The notes beneath the pieces are model-generated. The model saw nothing but the letters and a program-made list of their open reading frames with translations. It had not been told where the DNA came from and did no database searches. Position numbers and translations under genes: made by a program. A stretch of DNA of 64,000 nucleotides from Candidatus Poribacteria bacterium. Its GTDB lineage: Bacteria; Poribacteria; WGA-4E; PCPOR2b. The stretch lies in NCBI GenBank assembly GCA_965208325.1, contig OZ242326.1, positions 288,001 to 352,000 on the forward strand, given 5' to 3'. Of the stretch, positions 56,846-64,000 are shown piece after piece. Within the stretch, counting starts at the first letter, position 1; every line of letters starts with the position of its first letter.

Positions 56846-57009
56846 AGACAACTTTCCAAAACAATTCCGCCGCCCGATAACCCCAGAGGTGCGGCAGGTG
56901 TAAAACGACAACTGTCACTTTGGGCTAATACGTTGTAGGGACAACCCTTGTGGTTGCCCTTAACACTTCGGTTTTGTCAACCACATTGAGTTAATTAGGA
57001 AAGCTGTCT
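56846..57009. mobile_element. MITE (164 bp), same family as 29354-29569, with a TTT target-site duplication
   Basis: ttt-AGACAACTTTCC...GGAAAGCTGTCT-ttt; internal sequence collinear with the 29354 copy minus one 52-bp unit. Confidence 0.8.
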
Positions 57010-57506
57010 TTTGTTAGATTATGGGTCAAAATTGCTGGGACACGGTTGAAAATTTTCACATTCCTTTTCGTGATTCAAACCACACGGAAATTGCTTGCAA
57101 GCCGCGAGATAGTGTCCAATCGAAGCGTTTGGTTACCCAAAACGATGCCGCGGTGATAAACCTTGGGGTCAGTTTAAGTTCAGAGGAGGCTATTGAACTG
57201 GAGATTATAATAGGCGGTTTTATGACGATGCTCATCGGTCGGACAGAACATAATCCGCCGCCGGTAGGCGCTTTTACAGATATCAGATAATTTTAAGTAT
57301 TGCTTTACGCGCATTGCACAGTCAATCCGTCCGAAGGAATGCACGCTGTCGCGGGTGAGCGAAATTTGCTTTTTCGATAGGGCAATTTTTTAAGCAGGAC
57401 TACCGCTCATTTATCATCCTTTCAATTTCGATTACATTGTAAGTGCGGCGGGCGAATGTTGGCTCAATTAGCGGTTCGCACGGTGGCGGATTAGAAAATC
57501 CGGGGA

Positions 57507-59402
57507 TTAATATTTCAAGATTGTTCCCCATTCGCCAACAGCCCAGAGCGATCCGTTCTTGGATTGCGTAATATCAGTAAGATTAGTTATTGTATTACTC
57601 GTTTGGGCAAGCCAAGTTACGCCGCCATCATTTGTACGTAATATTGTACCCTTGTCCCCGACAGCCCAACCCTCCATTTCGTTAATGAAACAGATCCCGT
57701 TCAAGTTTTCGCTTGTTGGCGTAATCTGCTGTGACCAGGTTATACCGCCATCTTTCGTGCCGTATACGGCGCCTTGGGAACCACAGATCCACGCCGTATT
57801 TGAATTAAGCGCGAAAACCGACTTTAATTCATCCGGCCCTGCCCTTTGAACAGTCCACGTCTGGCCGCCGTCATCGGTCTTGATTATGGTCCCCGCCGCC
57901 CCGACCGCCCAGCCGGAATTTGCGTCAACGAAATAGACGCCAAACAGGTTATTGAAGCCGACCGACATGTCCCCGGAGTCCTGACCGATCCATGTGTCGC
58001 CGCCATCGTCCGTACGCATAATCTTGCCTATTTCCCCAACTCCCCAGCCGTGCGTTGAGGTTGAAAAGTGCAAATCATAAAAACCGAGGGCGCCTTTCCA
58101 TGACATCGATTGATCGAACTGAATTCGCTGCACTGTGCCGTGGCCTTCATCACGCGGATCACTGAAGCCCTCCCAAGTCTCACCGCCGTTGACGGTCTCG
58201 ATTAGCGTGGCATTACTGCCAACAATATAGCCTTTGTTCGCATTAGCGAAACCGATGCCAAACAATTCAAAGACATTATTGCTAGATTGTTCCTTCCAAA
58301 CGGTTCCGCCGTCTTGAGTGTGCAATACCGCTCCTCCTAAACCAACAGCCCATCCTAATTTATCATCGAAGAAATGCACTGTGGTGAGGTGGTTATTGCT
58401 GGCAACGACATCCCAAGATGCGCCGCCATCTCGGCTATGGATGATAGTGCCGAATGCGCCGACAGCCCATGCGTCTTGAGGGGAAACGAGTTGGATCGCG
58501 TTGATTCGGTTAGGCACAGGCCTCGGTTCAAGCGGCGTCCACTCCTTCCCGCCATCCGTAGTCCTCAAAATAACGCCAAACTCCGCTGACGCCAGTCCGT
58601 GGTGGGCGTCAATAAAATGGACTCCCCAAATTGGTTCGGGCATTCCGTTCGAGTGCGGCACGCGGCTTTCCTGTGCGGTCCAAGTGGTTCCACCGTTGTT
58701 CGTGTGTACAAGTGCGCCATTCCCGCCGGAAGCCCAGCCTTCTTCATCGCTGCGCATAAATATGGCATCAAGCGGTGAAGCTGTCCGGCTATTCTGGGGT
58801 TTCCACGTCTGCCCGGCATCCATGGTATGAATGAGAGTACCGCCATCGCCCGCTGCCCATCCCATTTGAGCGTTCGTAAAGTGGATGCCCTTTATCGCGT
58901 TATTTGTGCCAGAATTTTGTCGCGACCAAGTGGTGCCGCCATCCTCGGTATGAATGACAAGTCCTCCATCACCGCCCGCCCAACCGAATTTATCATCAAC
59001 AAAAGAGACGGCTGACAACGCGGCGCGCGTGCCGCTGTTAAGCTTCATCCATGTCGCACCCCCGTCGGTCGTTTTCAGTACGGTGCCGGCGTCGCCAACG
59101 ATCCAACCCGTTTGGGGATTGATAAACCTCACTTTGTAGAAATCCACCTTGAAGGGAAGCCGCTGGCTCGGTTGTTTTTCCCACGACGTTCCGCCATTAG
59201 TCGTATGGAGGATTGTCGAATTTGAACCAACAATCCAACCGTGTTGAGAATCAACAAAGTAGACGTCCGTGAACGTAGCTCGCCACTCCGCCGTGCGGAC
59301 AGATGTCCAACCTTTCTCCTGTGCCGAGTTATTTGCGGCATATATCAATAGTAACGCTAGCATTGTTGAAACTACTTGAATACATCGCTTTTTGGTTATC
59401 AT
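57507..59402 (-). CDS. Secreted YCF48-like/BNR (Asp-box) repeat beta-propeller protein
   Basis: Signal peptide; about 13 repeats of F.....GW..G..G.I..T.DGG.TW; AAGGAG RBS. Confidence 0.9.
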   Translation of the reverse strand: MITKKRCIQVVSTMLALLLIYAANNSAQEKGWTSVRTAEWRATFTDVYFVDSQHGWIVGSNSTILHTTNGGTSWEKQPSQRLPFKVDFYKVRFINPQTGWIVGDAGTVLKTTDGGATWMKLNSGTRAALSAVSFVDDKFGWAGGDGGLVIHTEDGGTTWSRQNSGTNNAIKGIHFTNAQMGWAAGDGGTLIHTMDAGQTWKPQNSRTASPLDAIFMRSDEEGWASGGNGALVHTNNGGTTWTAQESRVPHSNGMPEPIWGVHFIDAHHGLASAEFGVILRTTDGGKEWTPLEPRPVPNRINAIQLVSPQDAWAVGAFGTIIHSRDGGASWDVVASNNHLTTVHFFDDKLGWAVGLGGAVLHTQDGGTVWKEQSSNNVFELFGIGFANANKGYIVGSNATLIETVNGGETWEGFSDPRDEGHGTVQRIQFDQSMSWKGALGFYDLHFSTSTHGWGVGEIGKIMRTDDGGDTWIGQDSGDMSVGFNNLFGVYFVDANSGWAVGAAGTIIKTDDGGQTWTVQRAGPDELKSVFALNSNTAWICGSQGAVYGTKDGGITWSQQITPTSENLNGICFINEMEGWAVGDKGTILRTNDGGVTWLAQTSNTITNLTDITQSKNGSLWAVGEWGTILKY

Positions 59403-59463
59403 GTTTGTCTCCTTAAGAAGGCAGTAATCAATTTCAAAGTCTTGTCAGGTTTTCCGATTGCCC

Positions 59464-59964
59464 CTAAATTCCCATTCGCAGGGCGACTGCCGCAAGCAAT
59501 ATCAAAAGCGAGAACACGCCGATGAGACTTGACACGACTGTCATCCAATGACGCATCTTTTCAATGTGTTGGGGCAATTCTTCTGTACCCGCTTCGAGTG
59601 CATCAACGGCTTGCGAAATCCTCGGACCGATAACAAAAGAGTGAATCGCCGTTAAAACGATCAAGATAACGAAGAATAGGAGCTTGATGAGGAGCGTGCG
59701 CAGGAACACATCCGCTAATCCCGCCAAATTCGGGAAACTGAGAAAGATATTAACTAACCCGGAAAAGAACAGTACCAGCACACATCCCCACACAATGGGT
59801 TCAAACCGCGTTCCAATCTGCGACAATATCTGGATGCGTTCTACAGGCGTCACTGACCGCTTGAAGTAGGGTACTACAACCATCGCCATCATGAGATTGC
59901 CGCCGATCCAAATTACGGCGGCAATAATGTGTAACCAGCGAACCAGCAAACCAAATAATTCCAT
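59464..59964 (-). CDS. CopD/DUF4149-like four-TM membrane protein
   Basis: RWLHIIAAVIWIGG, four hydrophobic helices, H..VIGP; GGAGG RBS. Confidence 0.8.
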   Translation of the reverse strand: MELFGLLVRWLHIIAAVIWIGGNLMMAMVVVPYFKRSVTPVERIQILSQIGTRFEPIVWGCVLVLFFSGLVNIFLSFPNLAGLADVFLRTLLIKLLFFVILIVLTAIHSFVIGPRISQAVDALEAGTEELPQHIEKMRHWMTVVSSLIGVFSLLILLAAVALRMGI

Positions 59965-60141
59965 GCAGCCTCCCGGGTTTAGTGCGTTGATTTAGAGAAT
60001 TTGCTGCCAAGTAAGAACGAGCTGTACGAAAAAGAACGGTATGAGTACCAACGTATAGAATCTGAGAATTACGGTCTCAAAGGTTTTAATGAGAGAATTG
60101 GATGATGGTACCCGCCGCGCCTTTTTGCGCATGGCTTTCTC

Positions 60142-60171
60142 TTGACTATCTTTATCGTAGGGACGTATAAT
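60142..60171 (+). promoter_or_regulatory. Probable promoter for waaF
   Basis: TTGACT-N18-TATAAT. Confidence 0.6.
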
Positions 60172-60293
60172 CTGTTCAATTGCGCCGTTCCTCATTTTAC
60201 CAGATTCTTAAAGTTGATTCAAGTGAAAGTTCCATACAGGATTTCTATTTCGGAAAAATTCTCGGTTGGCGGCACCATCATTCAGGTTGAGCG

Positions 60294-61313
60294 GTGAGAG
60301 ATAAAATCCTTATTACACAAACAGGGGGTTGGGTTGGCGATATGGTGCTGCTAACTCCGGCTCTGAGAGCATTGAAACGCGCTTATCCACAATCCCGCAT
60401 GGATTTGTTGCTGCGCCCGCTCGTTGCAGAATTGATGGCGGATCACCCTTACGTTGATGAAGTAATAGTCGATTCCAAAGAACAACACCGGAGTCGTTTG
60501 AAATCGCTCCAGCAGGTGACACGTGCTGTTCAGCAGGCTGAATTCGACCTTGCGGTTGTGTTACACCCCACCTCCTTTCGAAACGCATTAATCCCTTTTC
60601 TAGCGCGTGTTCCTGAACGGATTGGTGCGAACATAAACGGTCGTGGAATTTTGCTGACAGAGACCTGTCCGAATCGGCGAGATTGCCATGAAGTTCACCG
60701 TTATCTACGAGTTTTAGAGTTGCTTGGCATTGATACGAAAGACACGAGTCTGGAGTTCTGGCATACAGATGTGGATCGGAAAACCGTTCGCCAAATGCTC
60801 ACTGAAAACGGTATCGCACCCAACGAACGTCATATCGGCGTAAACCTAGGCACTACTTGGCTGACTAAGCAGTGGGAGCTCGAGAAATTTGCCGCCGCGT
60901 TAACGCAGGTGCAGAGTATCATCAATGTACCAATTGTATTAACTGGTCATACGTCCGATACCGCGCTTGGCGAAGCGCTGCAGCGTAAGGTTAAGGCAAG
61001 TGTTATCAATTTAATTGGGGCAACTACTCTCACGCAACTCGGAGCGCTTATCGAAAATTGTAGTCTTTATTTGACCTGCGACAGCGGTCCCATGCACATC
61101 GCTGCCGCGGTTGACACACCGACGATTGCCTTGTTCGGCCCAACATGCCCGGCGCGTCATCGTCCTTACGCGGAGGGGCATTGCGTCATTGAGAAACGCG
61201 TGCCCTGCCGGCCGTGCTACAAACCCACATGTAAACTTAAGAAATCTCCGAACCTTTGTATGACAGAAATTAAACCCGAGGAAGTCGTTGAGACCATCAT
61301 TCAAGCATTTTGA
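60294..61313 (+). CDS. waaF: LPS heptosyltransferase II (glycosyltransferase family 9)
   Basis: WVGDMVLLTP, KQW, DSGPMHIAAA, TIALFGPT and CRPC...C...C. Confidence 0.85.
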   Translation: MRDKILITQTGGWVGDMVLLTPALRALKRAYPQSRMDLLLRPLVAELMADHPYVDEVIVDSKEQHRSRLKSLQQVTRAVQQAEFDLAVVLHPTSFRNALIPFLARVPERIGANINGRGILLTETCPNRRDCHEVHRYLRVLELLGIDTKDTSLEFWHTDVDRKTVRQMLTENGIAPNERHIGVNLGTTWLTKQWELEKFAAALTQVQSIINVPIVLTGHTSDTALGEALQRKVKASVINLIGATTLTQLGALIENCSLYLTCDSGPMHIAAAVDTPTIALFGPTCPARHRPYAEGHCVIEKRVPCRPCYKPTCKLKKSPNLCMTEIKPEEVVETIIQAF

Positions 61314-61361
61314 TTCGGCGTTCTTGTGTACAAAACTTTCCCGGTTTACAACATTACCAAC

Positions 61362-61522
61362 AGACATCTTTCCAAAATAATTCCACCGCCCGATAGCCCC
61401 AGACGGGATCTTCAATCGTCAAATCGAAGATAGTGTTTTCAGTCGTGTTTAGAAAACACATTTGACAACTTTGCAAAATAATTCCAGAGCCCGATGTCGC
61501 TTCAGTTTTGTCAACCACTCGA
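61362..61522 (+). mobile_element. Two truncated remnants of the AGACA-TIR MITE
   Basis: AGACATCTTTCCAAAATAATTCCACCGCCCGATAGCCCCAG at 61362. TGACAACTTTGCAAAATAATTCCAGAGCCCGAT joined to CTTCAGTTTTGTCAACCAC at about 61463-61518. Confidence 0.7.
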
Positions 61523-61535
61523 AGATAAGGGGGAA

Positions 61536-62549
61536 ATGATGAGGACATACCAAGTTGGAGTGATTGGATGCGGTGTAATCGGCGGCCATCATGCGTCAGG
61601 ACTTGTTGGTCTGCCTAACGCAACGTTAGTAGCTGCGTGCGATGTGATACCGAGCACGTTAAACGCCTTCAAGCAGCGTTGGAACGATTCATGGCAAAAT
61701 ATTTCCATGTACACGGATCATCGCGAAATGTTGAAGAACGAGGATTTGGACATTGTAACGGTGGCGACCTCCGATCATCTGCACGCGGATTTAGTGGTGA
61801 ACGCCGCCAATGCGGGTGTAAAAGGCATTTTTTGCGAGAAGCCGTTGGCGACAAATCTAGCGGATGCCGACCGTATGATTGAAGCAGTCGAGCGGAATAA
61901 TACAATTCTGTCGATTGACCATACACGCAGATGGATGCCGTTATGGCGGTATACCAAAGAAGAAGTGGTGGAAAAGAATGCGATAGGGCGCGTGCAGTGT
62001 ATCCTCGGTTTTTTAACTGGCGGGCGCGCGATGTTGTTCCGGAACGGAACACATATCATTGACATGATCTGTTACTTCGCGGATTCCGCCCCAGAATGGG
62101 TTTCGGCTGAACTGGAAACTGGATATGAGGACTACTGGGAATATCGCGGTGATGGCGGGCACGACCCGGCGACAGAACCCGCTGCGCACGGGTACATCCG
62201 CTTCGCCAACGGTGTACGCGGGTTTTACGTTGGCGGTCCCAAAACCACACGCAGAATGCTCCGCCTCGAGATTATTGGTACGAAGGGTTTTATCTTCATT
62301 GAAGATGCCTTCACCGAACCGAGGGCGCAGATTAGAACTAGTGATAAATATGAAGATATCCAAATTCCGACGTGGGATGTCGTTGGCATCCCTGCCGGTG
62401 TCCAAGAACTGGTTCGCATCGTCGATGAAGGCGGAGAGCCCGTGTCGCCGGGTAGCGCGGGACGCAAAGTTGTTGAAATCATCCTTGGGTTTTTAGAATC
62501 CAATCGCCGTAACAATGCGAAAGTTAAAATCCCTCTCCCGCGCGACTAA
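61536..62549 (+). CDS. Gfo/Idh/MocA family oxidoreductase
   Basis: VGVIGCG, CEKPLA, HTRRW and GTHIID; AAGGGGG RBS before ATG 61536. Confidence 0.92.
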   Translation: MMRTYQVGVIGCGVIGGHHASGLVGLPNATLVAACDVIPSTLNAFKQRWNDSWQNISMYTDHREMLKNEDLDIVTVATSDHLHADLVVNAANAGVKGIFCEKPLATNLADADRMIEAVERNNTILSIDHTRRWMPLWRYTKEEVVEKNAIGRVQCILGFLTGGRAMLFRNGTHIIDMICYFADSAPEWVSAELETGYEDYWEYRGDGGHDPATEPAAHGYIRFANGVRGFYVGGPKTTRRMLRLEIIGTKGFIFIEDAFTEPRAQIRTSDKYEDIQIPTWDVVGIPAGVQELVRIVDEGGEPVSPGSAGRKVVEIILGFLESNRRNNAKVKIPLPRD

Positions 62550-62554
62550 TCCAC

Positions 62555-63300
62555 TTAGGACTTACGCACTTCAAATTTTAGTTGAACGATTCATTGGGTA
62601 TCAAAGGGTATGTTCAGCCTCTACACCACTGTAGGCGGAGTACCTTTTCCCGTATTTGGGATGAAGCATCAAACAAACGAACAGTATGCGCGATAGTCTT
62701 CACAAGTCTTCTCCGAAACCCAACGATCAACTGAGCGAATAGCGAAGGCGATAGTTTTCTCCTCCTGAAGTCTCTTACAGGTTGGTTCTGACGAAGCCGC
62801 GTATCGTCCGGAGTCTAGAATTCACCCCTGTAGGAGCGATCTCCGAATCGCGACCTTTATATGAAACCGCGTTTTTTCTTCAAAACTCGGTTTCTTAATC
62901 GCAGCAAAACCTGTACATTAGCCCCAGCGGGGCGGCAGGTATATAGAAAACACAGTAACCCCCACCCCAAAGCCCCAGCGGGGCGACAGGTGTATAGAAT
63001 GCAACATCTTCGTAGATTGTGTGGTTCCGACCACTACATCGTCAGTTCTTGTAGGTTGGGTAGAGCGGATAATCCCATATCCGCATCAATGGTAAGTTCC
63101 CACTCGTAATAACCATACGACACCATTGGCAAAATTGCTGTAGCGAAACCCAACGCTTTTGAAACCTCCCGACCACCAAAAGCTATAGTAGTCCTCCCCC
63201 TTACCAAGGGGGTGCTAGAGGGGTCATACACGCTTCGTCAGAAATCGGAATTCCCTCCTACCGACAACCTACTGTAGGACCAATCTCCGAATCGCGATAC
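62555..63300. repeat. Non-coding cluster of several palindromic/REP-like repeat families
   Basis: 30-bp repeat at 62726; GTAGGAGCGATCTCCGAATCGCGA at about 62830 and a similar copy at about 63274; GAAACCG..TTTT/AAAACTCGGTTTC palindrome at about 62863-62894; AGCCCCAGCGGGGCG units at 62920 and 62971; TGTAGGTTGGG element at 63050-63272; CCCCCTTACCAAGGGGG hairpin at about 63196. Confidence 0.85.
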
Positions 63301-63412
63301 ATGTTCGCCCGATAACTCAACCTTACCCAAAAAAGCTCCCTCTCTTCACTCACAACTTTCCACCGCTTTTCCCCATTAAACTGTTTCACCTACAAAGTTT
63401 TTAAATCCGCGG

Positions 63413-63441
63413 TTGACATACAACCGATTTTCTTGTATTAT
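63413..63441 (+). promoter_or_regulatory. Sigma70-type promoter
   Basis: TTGACA-N17-TATTAT. Confidence 0.7.
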
Positions 63442-63792
63442 ATTAAGTGAATGTTAGTATAGTATCCCGATTGCCGATTGGGGTTAGTTTATGGCGTAAT
63501 TTACACTCCAATAGTTGAGGTGACCACAGATTCAGGAGGCAAGCCTACCCGCGCTCACGAAGGGACGTACTTCTACGGAGAAATCATTGCGCGGTCCTGC
63601 CCAACTCGCATAGACCCGCACAACTTGTTTGACTACCTACTAGAGCACGCTTAAAATATGAATAGTGGACTGAATCCTAACGACGTGGTGTGGGTTTACC
63701 ATTATCCTTAATTGGCCATAATGCTTCTTTTGCCCAAGAGAACCCGCCCTCTTCTCCTATAAAGCCGCCATGTAGAACGGATGGAGCATTGA

Positions 63793-64000
63793 ATGGAAGG
63801 TTTATTTGTAATTATGTTTTTTGTAATTTGCGTGATTACCGCGTATGTATACGTAGGAAAACAGGAACGCCAAAAGCGAAATGATGCACTAATACAGGCT
63901 CTTTGCCGTGAGGTTGCAAGACGCTACATAACATGCTACAGGGCATTGGAGAAAACAAAAGGTTTCGCATCCTTATCTCAAGATGACAAGTATGCGCGTG
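63793..64000 (+). CDS. Hypothetical protein with N-terminal membrane anchor; truncated by the window edge
   Basis: GGAG RBS; MEGLFVIMFFVICVITAYVYVGKQERQKRNDALIQALCREVARRY..., open to the end of the window. Confidence 0.6.
   Translation, partial: MEGLFVIMFFVICVITAYVYVGKQERQKRNDALIQALCREVARRYITCYRALEKTKGFASLSQDDKYAR

Noticed and set aside
57021..57290. 89-aa plus-strand ORF next to the MITE
   Set aside because: No recognisable motif or RBS, and it runs opposite to the surrounding genes; not supportable.
59992..60195. Small ORF with a hydrophobic C-terminus upstream of the CopD-like gene
   Set aside because: It overlaps the divergent waaF promoter and has a weak RBS. A 46-aa form from ATG 60132 cannot be excluded but is unsupported.
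62920..62999. Possible CRISPR (two ~29-bp palindromic repeats, 51-bp period)
   Set aside because: Two non-identical units; the same unit occurs inside the MITEs.
1..64000. tRNA/rRNA genes, prophage, intact transposase, defence systems and selenocysteine recoding
   Set aside because: No tRNA arm signatures, phage or transposase motifs, or TGA-interrupted conserved frames were seen by eye; tRNAscan-SE and Infernal would be decisive.

Overview
A gene-dense bacterial chromosomal segment with about 52 CDS. I found no rRNA, tRNA, CRISPR array, prophage or intact transposase. The organism is most likely Candidatus Poribacteria or a relative. This is an inference from the LLQNYPNPFNPETWIPY-type C-terminal sorting domain, a PorV-like barrel, a TPR plus CRTAC1/ASPIC-UnbV pair, a DUF6785-like membrane protein, YCF48/BNR propellers and the REP-type intergenic repeats. 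Housekeeping genes include pckG, mnmA, ftsZ, fdhD, lpdA, queC, infA, cysM, rlmN, gatB, moaD/moaE, pncB, nfi, alaC and waaF. The most interesting observations are: (1) an 850-aa fusion of a GlmU-like nucleotidyltransferase with a DUF89/ARMT1 phosphatase; (2) a possible phosphoserine/sulfur-carrier route to cysteine, with cysM coupled to a DUF1015 gene carrying a ParB/SerK-like DGHHR motif and a nearby MoaD whose Gly-Gly is capped by Ile-Asp-Val; (3) a GHMP kinase lacking the catalytic MDQ Asp; (4) IF-1 with a basic N-terminal extension; (5) a vanZ-led envelope operon that probably starts at a non-canonical ATC codon; (6) a MITE family with 3-bp target-site duplications and a variable 52-bp internal module; (7) several GTAG-REP and heptamer repeat families, including a dense repeat cluster near the right end. 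All calls rest on motif recognition by eye; no database searches were run.
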